IMG/VR virus record: IMGVR_UViG_3300027805_000018
Location: 1-56,012 of that record
Length of the DNA: 56,012 bases
Strand: one strand, 5' to 3'
Source: a virus
Taxonomy: Duplodnaviria > Caudoviricetes
In this document: positions 10,453 through 22,533 of the stretch, in pieces
How positions within the stretch are numbered: the first letter of the stretch is position 1
How the letters are laid out: every line of letters begins with the position of its first letter
The notes under the pieces: model-generated
What the model was told of the DNA's origin: nothing
The model's database searches: none
What the model saw: the letters and a program-made list of their open reading frames with translations, nothing else
Program-made: the position numbers and the translations under genes

Positions 10453-13400
10453 TTAACCTCTTATTCCAGCCATAATATTTACTGAACCTGGATTTGAATT
10501 ATTCATTACTGGAGATATGTTTCCGTTTATTCCCATATCAAACATTAATCTTTGTAAATTAGATCTAACATCTTCTGGAGAGGAATTACTTTGTCCAAAC
10601 ATCGGATAACTAGGATTAACTAAGTTCGCTTCTTTTATTTGTTGTGGGAAGTAACCCATCTGAGACATTTCAAGTCCCATTGACTGACCCATTTTTATTT
10701 TTACGTGTTCCATATTTGTGTTCGGATGCCATACCTCGGAACCAGGTCCAGGAAGTTCATGTCTAGTGAAGTAATTTACTAGATCTGGCTTTCTTTCCAC
10801 TGGCATACCCCATGCAGCTTCATATATTCTTCTTTCTAATCTCCCAGCAGTAGATAATATTCTACCTCTTTCACCCTTTGGAGCTTCAAGCATTGCTCTA
10901 AAGTGTTCTCTTTTTCTTTTTGGTATTGCTGCCGCTAATTGATCTATTGATTTTGTATTAAGATCTGCACCATACATTGTCTTCTTGCTAGCAAGCATGT
11001 ATTGTTTTGCTGACTCAATGTCTCCAACTTTTTCTGCTCTAGCTGCAGCTGTTCTATTTTTAACATAGGTTAAAATATCAACATACTCTTCAAGTGCTAA
11101 TTCTTTTTTTCTATTTATTGGAATGTATCTAGTTTCTTTCATTTTCTGAAGAGCTGAATAACCACCGGTTGTTATTGCACCAACAGTTGCAAGCGCTGTT
11201 TGCATTCTCTTAGTTTTACCAAATGAACCAAGTGCAAATGCACCTATTCCAGCAGCTAACAGAGGGTTTCTTTGAGTTCCTTTATAATAAATTGGCTTGA
11301 TAAAGCTTTCAACCGGTCTTTGCCATTCAGGAAATGTAGAACCATAAACGTTTCTTCTTTCCCAATCTTCAGTCGCTGTTTTTTCACCAATAAATTTATT
11401 GTTAATAAAGTTGTCTGTATGAAGTACTGATTCTTTTATTGTTCGTATTGGATTAGCTATTTTATCAATTGTTGAATAATCTGTATAAGGACTAAAATCA
11501 GTTTTACTTTGCTCTATTGCATTTAATTGGGCTCTTATTTGTCCAACTTTAATTCTTTCATCTTCACCTAATCCTATTTTATCTATTCTTGAATTCAGTG
11601 CTCTAAATTCTTTTGAGTATGGAGCTACGTCAGCAAGAATATCTAATTGATTTACTGCACCATATCTTCCACTAGAGTCTGAATAGATTCTATTAAATCT
11701 TTCGTATCCTACGCCAGGCAGTCTTAATTCACCTTCTTTTACTTTTGTAAATGGATCACCTGTAGTAAAGTCTATAAAGTTACTGCTATTAGGAAGGAAT
11801 GGATACTTCTCACCCATCGTGTTCTTAATAGGGTTAATAAAATTAACATTAGTTCTTTCTTTTGGAATAAATCTTCTTATTATTTCTGAAGCTTCGATAT
11901 TTCCAAGAGCACCTTCGGATTGAAGAGGTACGTCACCTAAGCCACCTAAATTTAAATCCCAAAAAGCTCTAGTGGTACCATACGCTTTTGATGCTGATTG
12001 AAGAACTGACTTATCTGGCTCAAAGTCGTATGAGCCAAAACCAAGAGCTGATCTTATATTTCCACCAGCAAAACCATATATACCAAATGTTTCTTGCAGT
12101 CTGTAGCCAAGTTCCCCAGATAAGAATTCATTACTTCCAGATCTTATTGGCATTCCTGCTGCAACAATTTTTGCTGGCATAATTCCAGGTCCTGTTGGTG
12201 GACCAAATTGAACTGGCTGCACTTGCGAAGAAACAGGAACTCTTTGATATGCTGCAGCAGCTAATGCGTCGTTTTGAGCTCCAGACTGACCACGAATTAA
12301 TTGCCTTGCAGTGTTGAGTGATCCACTGCTATTAGCCAATGTTTGGTTTGAGCGAGAAATATTATAAGATCCAGATATACCTCCAATTGGAGATGATGCA
12401 GTTGCTCCAGCATAATCTGAAAGTGGTGATATAAATCTAAGTGGTTTTCCGCCGTAAGGTGCTGGACGAGCTGCCGGGTAACTAACGGCTGGATCCCTTT
12501 GCTCTACATATTCAACGTTACCAGGAGTTTCTTGAGGCATGTAAGCTCCGCTGGCACCAACTGGAACATAACTAGATAGTGCTCTATCTAATTCTTGCTT
12601 ATGCATTACCCTTTGTGGTTTTAGAATTCTTCCTATTGTTGCATTTAAGACTGGTACAGCTGCACCAAATGGACCAGAAAAATATTCTCCAGTTACAGGA
12701 TAAGGTCTGTCTTCATAATGTTTTTTTTCAAATCTATAAGGATCTAATGGTCTTAACGGGGAAAAGTCATTGTAGTATAACATCTTCTCTATTGGACTAC
12801 CATAGGTGTCGGATGTAAACATCGCTCCACCCTGTAATCTTCTATACCAAGAAGGTCTATAGTATTCTATTTTTCCGCCACTAAATTTTGTATTACCTAA
12901 AGGCCAGAATCTTCCTTTTCTAATCGGCACTTCGCCAGACAATAATTGCTGCCTCTTTTGCCTATAGCCCATTCCACCTGGGACAACACCAGAAATTGCA
13001 GCTTGAGCTTCTACCCCAACCCTAGCTACCGAACCAAGCACCAGGGGAGAGTATACTCTTTCTCCTCTTTCGTCTTTACGTTGTGTGTATCCGCCTGCAG
13101 TTCTATCTATTGCTAATGCAGTAGTTCCTATAGCAACTGCGGGAAGAACTCTTTCAGCGTTCATTCCCCTAAAGTACATATCTAGAGGGCCGTGGAAATT
13201 ATTTTCGTCTAAGCTTGAACCAACAGTGCCAAAGTATCTATTTAGTCTATTAAAACCATGGGATATTGGAACAGATGCTAAAGAAAAACCTTCTTCATTC
13301 CCATATGTTTTAATTCCAGCTGCGCTTAATAATGCGGCTTTTGGATTTCTCTTAAATGCTGTACCAAAAGTTGGAACAAAAGCGTAAGTCTCTGGACCAG

Positions 13401-16400
13401 ATTGTCCAGACAAAGGACTGGCAGATGGTTTTTCTACATATCTACCCATTCCCATATTTTTCTTAAATACAGCAAATGGTTTATTTATACCAATCTGAGA
13501 TATCAACGAAGATTGACCAGTAGTAACTATGTTGCCTTCAATGTGTGGATCTAATAAACCCTTTAGGGATTTATCACTTAATAGCTCTCTTGTTTTTTCA
13601 AATCTTCTTAGAGGGTTTTGCAGTACTCCTGTTAAATTTTCTTCTTCTAATCGAGTTCTAGCTGCAGGATTAAACTTGTAAGTTTCGAATGCTGTTAAGT
13701 TAAATACTGTAGATAGCGCTGAAGCTTGAGCTTCTGCTTTTTGAGCAGAAGATATAACTCCTTTTGTAGCTAAATCATCTATAGCAGAAGTGACATTCTG
13801 CATAACTGTTAATGGATCACCAGATAATATTGATTTTCTTTCTAAGAGGAATCTGAATACTTCTGAAGACATTTCGTCACCTCTAGTGACAATGCTAGAA
13901 GATTTTTCAAACATTCTCGATTGTTGTGAGAAATCATCTATATCCGCAAAAGATTTAATTCTAGCAAATGCCTTACTAACATCCTGATATCTTTTTAGAT
14001 CAGCTTCTGATTTAATCTCAGATCTTTGAAGTTCCAAAGCATCGTCTAGGAAGCTAAATACTTTACTTGCTTGAGCTGGAGTTGATATTCCAACAACATC
14101 ATCAACACTAAGACCTGCCATATCATCAGCGGAAAATGGCGTGAGTACTTCTCTTTGAACTGATTTGTTTGTTCCATAACTTAATTGCCTATTTGCAAAT
14201 CTAGTAAACGCTTCCATTAATTGAGAATGCGATGCTACTTGTGCTCCAGAATCAGCATCAAGCAAACTATATCTCGCTACTTTAGTAGCGTCATCTAACT
14301 CAGGCTCTGCGCGTAACTGTAAATTCTTTTTTCTTCCAAATCCACCGACTGAAAATGTTTCATCTACGTTTCCAGAAATTAATCTAGCCATTACAGCGTC
14401 GTTTTCTACGTCTGCTTGTCTATTAACTAGTCTTCCAAAAAATCTAAATAAAGAATTTGGTTGCTCATCTGCGTAGTCTAAACGCTCTCTAACTTTTCCT
14501 AAGAATCCAGTTGCAGTGCGCGATTGAACAGTTCTTTCTCCAGCAGCTAGTTCTGCTGTGCTCGTAAACATTGATGAAACCGATGTTGAAATCGGTCTAT
14601 AGGTTCCTTCTAAGGCTGTAGCGGCGGCACCATCTGTGTGTCCATACAGTCTTCCTTTTGTTCCTAAAAATCCACCAGTGCTATGCCATGTATAAAAATC
14701 TGCTTTAGATCCTTTGACAAAAGGCTGACTTGCTGCTCCTGAGGTTACTTGATATCTTCCAGCTTTTGCCATCCCAGCAAAATCTTTATAGCCCAACATT
14801 TGCATCGGATTAATTCCAATAATTGGAACTTTAGTTTCAGTAGCCAGTGCTTCTGTTACTTTTCTAATTCCAGATCTTATTGGATTAAAGTTTACTACCT
14901 GGTTACCAAGCTGGTAATAACCCTTAACGTTGCTTAAGGTAGTTTGACTAGAAGATCTTTTAATTGCATTTAATATTTCTAGCTCAGCGCTGTCTCCACC
15001 TAAAATATTTTTAGTTAAAGAATCTCGAAGTGATCCTGGCCCTATCTGATCTGTGATTGTTTGGTATGCTAGTTTTTCTCTTTCAAGAAATTTGTCTACG
15101 GTAAGACCTTCTAGCCCAAAAACTCCAGCTAATCCAGATGTTGGACCAGCAACCATTTCTTTATTATTCATTAAGTAGCCTCTAAGTTGAGAGGCGTTTC
15201 TTATGTCTATTCCGCGAGCACCTAATGCTTTTGCTAATTCATCTGGATTTGCTAATATCGATTCATCTAAACCAAATACTTTTCCAGCTCTTTTGGCCAT
15301 TTCAAGTTTGGCTTGAAACACTTCCCCTTTTGCGCCTTCAAAGTCTATTCTATTTAATTTTCGTGGCTTTAATACGGAAGAAAAAACTTCTTTTTCAAAA
15401 ACTTCTCTAGCCGAACTATGAGCTGAGTCTATGTTTATGCCAACATTTAAAGTATCCTCATTTAGAGTGTCTCTAAACAAAGATCGATCTACTTCATTTA
15501 CAGATCTTCTTAGTTTGTCTGCGTCAAATACATCTGGTATTGGATTATTTCTTCCATATTTTCCAGAATTAAATCTGGTAATTAATTGACCAAAAAAATC
15601 TTCTCCAACAATTTCTTCGTCACCCATTCTCAATCGTTCAGTTGGGCTAATTATTTCTTTTCTAACGCCACCTTTTCTTTTGGCAATTTCTCTATAAATA
15701 TCATCGCTAACGGTTAGGTTTCTACTAAACTGTTTAGCAACAGATTCATCTAATCCATCATTTATTAACTGTTTTTCTAATCTATCCTTATATGCACCTT
15801 GTCTTAGCATCTTTATAAAGTTTGTTGATGCAGAACGTCCACCAGTCTTCGTATCAAATTCTCTTAAAAGACTAAATACATCTGATGATCTTTTTCTTTG
15901 GATATTTAATATTGATTCACCAAGTGAAGTATTAATTAACTTAGCGCCTTCTGTGGTTGCTTTATCAACTCCAAGAATTTTTGCAAAGCCATCATTTATC
16001 TTGCTCCAATTTGTTCCTGGTTTATCTAGAAATGATTGAGCAAAAGATAGCTTTTGATATTCTTCATGTGCAGTTTTAGCACCTTGCCTAACGGCTTTAT
16101 AACCAGGAATTAGATCCAACATTGAATCTATCTGTGTTCCTTGTAGCGGTTTACCTACGTCTACTTGATTTAACTTTGTTTTATCACCCTTGTATATATC
16201 TTTAGCTAAGTTTTGTACGACTTCTCTTCTAGATGGTTTAGGTACCCCAGGTGCTGGAGTAGAACCATGTCTTTGTGAATAAAGAGCTGCAACTGGGTTT
16301 TTGTGAATATCTGTCATTGCAATAAATGCACTTGACAAAGCTCCCGATGATCTTTCTGAAAACTTAATTGATTTATCTAATACGCTAAATAAATCGTGAC

Positions 16401-17272
16401 CAACACCTTCAAGCATTCCTTTTAAGTTTAAGGATTTTTCATATATAGCGTGTTTTGTTGTATTTTTTATTGTAGAATAACCAGTGGCATTTGTAGCCAT
16501 CAGCCTTTCTTGTGCTGTTCTATAAAAATTTAATGAGCTTTCTTTTGCTGCGCCAGCTGCAGCGGTTGGCAGCATGAATCCACCCATTTGGAACAAGGTT
16601 GTCTTAGCTAAATCTTTAGCTATATCTACACCCCTAGATGGGTCATACCATTTCTTTTTTGGCCCAGTATCTTGTTCACCGCCACCAAATAGCGGCTTAG
16701 TTATGTATTTATCTGCCGCATAAAAAGCTGGAACTTCATAAGGAAGCCTTCTAGCTTGACGCACCAACCTCTGTTGAAGTTCGTCTCTATAGTGCCAAGT
16801 AGCAGTTGATGATGCCCCTCTACCTTCAGCTCTAAACGCATACCCGGCGTTGACAACGCTTTTATGCCCTTCGTATCCAGTTGAAAGTTTTCCAGCGGAA
16901 TCAAAAACTAATTTTGTTTTTCCTTCTTCTAAACGAGTAACGCCTTCAAGTTCGTCAAGAATACTTCTTGCTTTTAATAAGCCATAATTAGCCCTAGATA
17001 TAAAACTGCCTTCAGCAGATGTTGCAGCTCTTTCAGTAAGAGCTTTTCCGTATCTTTAAGCCACCACCTCTTAAGAATTTTCCAGCTACCGTTGCGGCAA
17101 CGCCAGTTGCAATCATGGCCGAAGCCATCTTTACTAGGGGTCTGCCTTCTAATGCTCTGCTAACGTAACCAGAATCTGGGGATGGACCATTCTGCGTATC
17201 ATCTCCGGTAGTGAACTCTCTAGAAGTTACGCCAAATCCAATATTATGGATTGGTCCTTTATCTCTCTGCAT
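10453..17272 (-). CDS. Giant tape-measure-like/virion protein (~2272 aa) with a +1 shift at codon 75
   Basis: ATG 17272 has a GGGGGTGA RBS. After ...GGGLKI, (C)GGA AAA GCT CTT ACT GAA... stays open for 94 codons and continues as track ORF 10453..16767. Follows the chaperone-like genes; has G/A-rich hydrophobic stretches. Confidence 0.7.
17047..17050 (-). other. +1 recoding site 4 (ATA CGG A), codon 75
   Basis: In-frame CGG; 0-frame stop 4 codons later; the +1 frame is open for 2198 codons. Confidence 0.85.
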
Positions 17273-17290
17273 TGGTCACCCCCTTTTATA

Positions 17291-17924
17291 TTATCTGCCC
17301 ATACCCCATAGTTTTTGAGCGATAGGGTCATTGTATGTTGCAGCTCCCTCAACCTTAGATGCATTATGTCTAGCTGCTGATTGAGCCTCTTTTTCTCTTT
17401 CTTCTTGAGGGTCAATTAATGATAAAGTTACATTAGTAGATTCTATTCCAGCAATTGCTTGCTGAACTTCAATTATTTTTTCTGCTAATGCGACTCTTTC
17501 TGCTAGCTTTGAATACGTTAACGAGTCTAAAAATTCTGGAGTATCTGTATGTATAGTAGCCAGAACAAAGGCTTTCATTAAGCCTCTAACGTGATTAGCT
17601 ATTACTCTTTTTTCTTCCAGAATTCGCTTAGCTGTTCTTGCCGAAGCAAAGCCGGAAAATTCAATTATCTGCTCAGCTAAAGAACTTATAGCTCCAGGTG
17701 GAAATTTATTTAAATCAAAATCTTCAGGATAAACTACTGATGCTCTAATGATTTCATCCTCTGCGTCTGCAGAGGAAATACCTTCGGTACTCTTATACGC
17801 TGCAACTTTATCGAACTCAGAAAAAGTTAGCTCTTTAAATACTATTTCAGATCCGTTTTATTTTGGTCTGAAATATTGAACCGTGTTTTTTCTTTAGTTC
17901 AAAAAGAATTCCTGCATCCAACAT
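17291..17924 (-). CDS. Tail assembly chaperone-like protein 2 (210 aa) with a +1 shift at codon 24
   Basis: MLDAGILFELKKKHGSIFQTKIK-(C)GGA-SEIVFKELTFSEFD... continues into track ORF 17291..17578. The restored sequence resembles the upstream gene (WKKQYGEVY...IIWRVLSRIEY; PSLISQEVLEASGF vs ISSLAEQIIEFSGF). Confidence 0.75.
17852..17855 (-). other. +1 recoding site 5 (AAA CGG A), codon 24
   Basis: 0-frame reads CGG ATC TGA; the +1 frame restores similarity to the neighbouring paralogue. Confidence 0.85.
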
Positions 17925-17925
17925 C

Positions 17926-18465
17926 TTAGAGTTGTCTAACCTCTAGGGCAACGAATCCAGAAGCCTCTAGAACTTCTTGTGAGATTAACGATGGAAGACC
18001 GGCCATATCGCCAGTAAGAGCTTGCTTATCGTATGATGGGAATAGAATGCAGAGTTCTGAGATTGCTTCTTCGTTCCACATATTTGCCTCTGCGTTTGAT
18101 AGCTGTCCAGCTTGCATTAGGGTTTCCATCTTTTTAACAAGTTGCTTGTATTCAATTCTAGAAAGAACTCTCCAAATAATATGTTTATCAAATGAAATAG
18201 AAGTTACATATACTTCACCGTATTGTTTCTTCCATGCTTTGATCTGTCCAGCTGTAGGACCATTGTCGAAGATAACTTGATCATCTGCTAATTCTTCGAC
18301 TGTTGTAGCCTGCTCAACGGGAATTTGCTCATCTGAATAATCAGATACAACGATGTCACCATCTTGTGGTTCATCAGTTTCTAAAAAAATTTCAACTGAA
18401 TCAGCAGATAACTCTTCTGCCATTTCATTATCTTGTCTAACTACAACTTTTCTTTTCTGAGACAT
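17926..18465 (-). CDS. Tail assembly chaperone-like protein 1
   Basis: IKAWKKQYGEVY and SGF motifs; lies between the tube genes and the tape-measure-like gene; AGGAGA RBS. Confidence 0.6.
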   Translation of the reverse strand: MSQKRKVVVRQDNEMAEELSADSVEIFLETDEPQDGDIVVSDYSDEQIPVEQATTVEELADDQVIFDNGPTAGQIKAWKKQYGEVYVTSISFDKHIIWRVLSRIEYKQLVKKMETLMQAGQLSNAEANMWNEEAISELCILFPSYDKQALTGDMAGLPSLISQEVLEASGFVALEVRQL

Positions 18466-18493
18466 TGTTTCTCCTTATTTCGTTTCAAATTAC

Positions 18494-18504
18494 ATTATAT
18501 CACA
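18494..18504 (-). promoter_or_regulatory. Extended -10 promoter TGTGATATAAT
   Basis: TGnTATAAT 28 nt upstream of ATG 18465; the same motif occurs at 31710-31720 and 46603-46612. Confidence 0.55.
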
Positions 18505-18519
18505 TATATATTAAAATTA

Positions 18520-19557
18520 TTATCTTGGCTGAGTGCTTTCAGTCCTGTTTACCAATGGACTTTCAACCACTGGTTTTGTGGCATTTGTTGCCTGTGGTTC
18601 TGTTGAAACAAAGGTCTTACCAGTATATGGATTGAATCCAGATTCGGCTTCGGTGAGATAGAAATCCCTTGCCACAAAGCTATAGGTTTCTATTAAAGGC
18701 GACCCACCACTTTGATATTCCGTGCTCATTTGCATTAAATGTACGTTTTGTAAAACAATCTTCATTGGGGTTTTATTGTCTGACATTTTAACTTTTCTTT
18801 CATTTATGTCAGTTGATATTATCCTATCTAAGTTATCCCTCTGCTCCATAGAGGCCGTAGAAGCGTTCTCAGTGACTCCTACGGGGCTCAAACTTGATTC
18901 CTCTACACCATACACTATAACAAAGTTAAATGGAGGGTGAGCGCTAAAAATATTATGCTGACCATCTGCCGAAGATGTGCTTATCGCTGGATCAACAGTA
19001 ATTCTATCCAATTGACTATTGGCCCAATATTTTTGTATATTTTCCTCATCTGTTCTTGATTCATTTTGTGATCTTAAAACAGATACAACTCCAGAGGTAT
19101 CTGATTTGCCCGATGCAGAAAAACTTCTAACTCTTGCTGCCTCTTCTAAGAGGTGTGTCATTCTTCTTGGATACCTTGAATATAGAGAGAACTGACCAGT
19201 TATTATTCTTGAACCATTCATCATGGCATCAAAGTTGTAGGACCAAAATCCGTAGACTGCTTGTTTTTCTTGTTTAATTAAAAAACCAAATCCAGCTATA
19301 TCTAGTTCATCTTTTGGATCAAACAAACCATCGATGTATACCCTTACATCTTCTCCAGAAAAAAAGTAATCATAATAATTACTAAAGCGAGGGTCTCCAG
19401 AAGTTTTACCACCAGACCAATAAAGATCTAATTCTGCGGAAAGTGGATCAAATGTTCCATTTTTATTTCCTAAACCAGGATTAGTTGAAACGGTATCTTG
19501 GTATGGAATATAACCACTAAATGGTCTATATGGAACAGCTCTATATGGACTTGTCAT
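18520..19557 (-). CDS. Tail tube-like paralogue
   Basis: FSGEDV...GSRIITGQF...PPFNFVI...ETYSFVARD motifs shared with 19567 and 20428. Confidence 0.65.
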   Translation of the reverse strand: MTSPYRAVPYRPFSGYIPYQDTVSTNPGLGNKNGTFDPLSAELDLYWSGGKTSGDPRFSNYYDYFFSGEDVRVYIDGLFDPKDELDIAGFGFLIKQEKQAVYGFWSYNFDAMMNGSRIITGQFSLYSRYPRRMTHLLEEAARVRSFSASGKSDTSGVVSVLRSQNESRTDEENIQKYWANSQLDRITVDPAISTSSADGQHNIFSAHPPFNFVIVYGVEESSLSPVGVTENASTASMEQRDNLDRIISTDINERKVKMSDNKTPMKIVLQNVHLMQMSTEYQSGGSPLIETYSFVARDFYLTEAESGFNPYTGKTFVSTEPQATNATKPVVESPLVNRTESTQPR

Positions 19558-19566
19558 ACTTAAACC

Positions 19567-20340
19567 CTAAACGATGGTAGGAGGTGAATATATTCTTTCA
19601 ATAAAATTCTTATAATCTTCGACTCTATCTCCAAAGGCATTTGTAGATATTCTTAATCTTTCATTTTGCTGAGCCTGATACCCATCTGGATATCTAAGGT
19701 CATCACGAGCCGTATCTAATTGTACCAGAGGCTGCAGACCCCTAGCCATATATGTGTAGGTTTGCTCTGTAATTAAGTCGTCTATGGACATAGTACCGCC
19801 TTCGTCGACAAGCGTAACACCGAATATTTTCATTTTTGCTGCTAAACCATATTCATTAAAGAATGTAAATACAATGTCAAATGGTGGCAACATGTCAGCT
19901 AGAGGAGCGTAGTACCCCTTGCTATCTGAAAGTATTTTTCTATAACTTTCTATTCTATAAAAAGCATACTCGTTAAACTGAGTAAATATCATGCTTCCTG
20001 CTATAGTTCTAGCACCCTTTACGAATCCTCTTGGATTCACGTGTCCAAGAGTTCTTATTGGAGAGTTTTCCCTGTGCATTGAATATGATATGGTTTGAAG
20101 TTCCGCCATTTCCAAGACGTCACCTTCATTAGAAATGAATCCGTTTTCTCCAATTTTAGGAATAATAATTGTAGCTGTGATGTCTGCACCAGAAAATGAC
20201 ATATCTGAAAATGGATCTGGAAGATTATTATTTCTTCTAAATTCTTTTACGCCCTCTTCATAGGTAGAGAGTCTATTTTTTCTTGATGTTATAGTCGTAA
20301 GATTCGCTATATCTGATACATCACTTCTGTTAAATGCCAT
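19567..20340 (-). CDS. Tail tube-like paralogue
   Basis: SFSGADI, GARTIAGSMIF, LPPFDIVFTFFNEYG and SIDDLITEQTYTYMAR; clearly paralogous to 20428..21117. Confidence 0.7.
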   Translation of the reverse strand: MAFNRSDVSDIANLTTITSRKNRLSTYEEGVKEFRRNNNLPDPFSDMSFSGADITATIIIPKIGENGFISNEGDVLEMAELQTISYSMHRENSPIRTLGHVNPRGFVKGARTIAGSMIFTQFNEYAFYRIESYRKILSDSKGYYAPLADMLPPFDIVFTFFNEYGLAAKMKIFGVTLVDEGGTMSIDDLITEQTYTYMARGLQPLVQLDTARDDLRYPDGYQAQQNERLRISTNAFGDRVEDYKNFIERIYSPPTIV

Positions 20341-20350
20341 GTTATTCCTT

Positions 20351-20399
20351 AAAAATAAAATAGTGGAGGATTGGCCCTACACCAAGTCCTCCACTATTT
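20351..20399 (-). terminator. Rho-independent terminator after the major tube gene
   Basis: Long stem AAATAGTGGAGGA(C)TTGG...CCAATCCTCCACTATTT followed by a T-rich tract on the minus strand. Confidence 0.7.
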
Positions 20400-20427
20400 A
20401 GTAACTACTATAATTATTTATTTATAA

Positions 20428-21117
20428 TTATGGTCTAATTATCTCGCTGTTTAATCCACTTGAAGATACTGCTTCTTTGCTAATCAAAGAACCTAAATCT
20501 TCTGAGTTAAATCTATTAAGATTGTCCGTTGTAATCTTGTACATTGGACCGATTTCACGAGCAACATATGTCATTGTTTCTTCTATAACAATGTCATCCA
20601 TCGAAGCTCCCGAACCTTCGTTTAATAGTTCAACGCCATAGATTGATCTAACAGCAGCCTGACCATATTCGTTAACAAATGTAATTGTAATGTCGAATGG
20701 TGGGATTTGGTCTGCGTAGTATGGTGTCTTGCTAACTACGTCTCTTGTTTGATTTGTTACTTCAGCAATACCTCTCTTGTGGCTTGGATCGCCAGGAAGT
20801 GTATTATGAGCTCTTGTGAAAAACTTCATTTCCGAAGATGAGTTGTGATGTGTTTCAAGCATCTGGTACAGAGCTGGACGGTCGAATACTGTGAATATTA
20901 ACGAACCAGCAATACCTCTTTTACCTCTTGAAAATGAACGTGGGTTTGGTGAACCCATTGTGTAAATTGGCGCCTTTTCTCTTGTCACTGAGAAAGTGAT
21001 TCCCGAAAGAGCTCCGATTTCAACGCCACCAAAAGTGGCAACAATATCAGCACCAGAAAATGTTGTGTAAGTATTGAGATACTTATTTACTGGACTGTCG
21101 TAGTATTCGCCTGCCAT
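20428..21117 (-). CDS. Major tail tube protein
   Basis: Directly follows the sheath gene; strong GGAGG RBS; TFSGADIVA/RGKRGIAGSLIF/IPPFDITITF motifs; terminator downstream. Confidence 0.75.
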   Translation of the reverse strand: MAGEYYDSPVNKYLNTYTTFSGADIVATFGGVEIGALSGITFSVTREKAPIYTMGSPNPRSFSRGKRGIAGSLIFTVFDRPALYQMLETHHNSSSEMKFFTRAHNTLPGDPSHKRGIAEVTNQTRDVVSKTPYYADQIPPFDITITFVNEYGQAAVRSIYGVELLNEGSGASMDDIVIEETMTYVAREIGPMYKITTDNLNRFNSEDLGSLISKEAVSSSGLNSEIIRP

Positions 21118-21165
21118 ATTACCCTCCTAATCGGTATATAAATTTGCAGTGTTTTTTATATAATA

Positions 21166-22431
21166 TTAACCGAGCTCAACTGACATTTGGACTTCGATAT
21201 TTCTAAGTTCAAACGCAGGTGTTATAACCAAGTCAATAAGTGCTTTATTTTCTTCAGCGATGTATCTAATGTTGAAATCGCTGTCTAAGATTGCGCCCAA
21301 CTGCTGCATTCCTCTGAGTGATGCAGTAATTGATGTTTCCATTGAGTTTCTAACTTGAATGGTTGAAGGCTGACCAATGAACTTCTGGCAGCTTTGACGA
21401 ACAACCAACATAGCTTCGTTAACGATTCTCAATGTTGTCAATCTTGTGTAGTCTGAGCTTGCTCCAGCAAAAGTTACACCATCTGTAAAGATTGGTGCTC
21501 TATTGAAGTTCAACATAATCGAGTTCACACCCTTGTTGGTCATTGCCAAAAGAGTTGTCTTGCTAGGATTGTATCTCAAAGCTGCGATGTTGTAAACTGT
21601 CTTATTAATAGTTGAAGTATAGGAAGCCATTCTGCTAACTGCTGCCGCAAGTGCAGCTGCGCCATTAGAATAACCCCATGATGCTGGATAGTTTGCAGGC
21701 TTTAATTCTGCTCCAATTACAGCAACGTGTCTTCCAAGCTCTTTTGCGGCAACGTTGTTGTATGTTGTTACCGAGTCTCTGTCTGAAAGATTTGTCAAAG
21801 CCAGGTGTGTTGAAACCTGACCAGGAGTCATAACATCATTTGTCCCAGTGTATGGCTTTGTTCCCATAACTGCGAAACATGGATGACTGTTTTCGTTAAT
21901 TTCCTTAACTTTGTCAGCTATTTTTACTGCCCAGTTATTTGCAATCGTTGTTGTGTTATCTGCATGGAAGCCATAGATTGTGTCCGAGCTTGCCGAGAAA
22001 GATTCAGAAGGAGTTGCATCCCAAAGTCCTGATCTTGCACCGCTTCCCCAAGGAAGAATGATATCTGGTTGAGCTGCTTCTGCTGCGATGAACATTGCAT
22101 CTAGAACGCTGCCACCAAAGTTTGTGCTTGTTACAGTACCTGAGCTGTGATTCCATACGGTGTCACTTGGTAGTGGGACCATGTAGATTCTTTCTGCGCC
22201 TGCAGATACAAGTTCAAAAAATGCTCTGTGGCAACCTGAATTTTCGCCAAAAGCAGTTATTACATCTTGTTCATTTGTGCACAAAACGACGTCAAGGTCT
22301 GCAACGTTGCCTGTACCGTCAGCTGTTGTTCTTTTTGCAATTACTACAACTCTAGGTCCGACGGGACTATCCTGACGGGAGATGCTGTAGAAGCGGTCTT
22401 TGATTATTGTTTTTACACCTGGTAGAGCCAT
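21166..22431 (-). CDS. Tail sheath protein
   Basis: N-terminal MALPGV; C-terminal YTRLTTLRIV...FIGQP...LVITPAFELRNIEV typical of contractile sheaths; GGAGG RBS. Confidence 0.85.
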   Translation of the reverse strand: MALPGVKTIIKDRFYSISRQDSPVGPRVVVIAKRTTADGTGNVADLDVVLCTNEQDVITAFGENSGCHRAFFELVSAGAERIYMVPLPSDTVWNHSSGTVTSTNFGGSVLDAMFIAAEAAQPDIILPWGSGARSGLWDATPSESFSASSDTIYGFHADNTTTIANNWAVKIADKVKEINENSHPCFAVMGTKPYTGTNDVMTPGQVSTHLALTNLSDRDSVTTYNNVAAKELGRHVAVIGAELKPANYPASWGYSNGAAALAAAVSRMASYTSTINKTVYNIAALRYNPSKTTLLAMTNKGVNSIMLNFNRAPIFTDGVTFAGASSDYTRLTTLRIVNEAMLVVRQSCQKFIGQPSTIQVRNSMETSITASLRGMQQLGAILDSDFNIRYIAEENKALIDLVITPAFELRNIEVQMSVELG

Positions 22432-22479
22432 TAGATTTTTAACCTCCGAGTCACGGATTTATTGGATTAACTCGAAAGA

Positions 22480-22487
22480 TATAGTAA
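22480..22487 (-). promoter_or_regulatory. Candidate late promoter TTACTATA
   Basis: Recurrent intergenic motif upstream of structural genes (see findings). Confidence 0.5.
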
Positions 22488-22533
22488 TGGGGTACCACTG
22501 AAAACTAACTACATTTACACATCCTGGTAAATA

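Noticed and set aside
16701-17415. Track ORFs 16701..16904 and 17227..17415 as independent genes
   Set aside because: They are alternative-frame overlaps of the frameshift-corrected giant protein and chaperone genes.
17852-17930. Classical lambda G/GT-type -1 tail-chaperone frameshift
   Set aside because: The break is +1, lies 24 codons into a separately initiated gene, and matches the CGG pattern seen elsewhere rather than an X XXY YYZ site at the end of the first chaperone.
22432-22533. tRNA or structured RNA in the larger intergenic gaps
   Set aside because: No cloverleaf or T-loop consensus was seen here or at 39861-39929; the gaps are short and consistent with promoter/RBS sequence.
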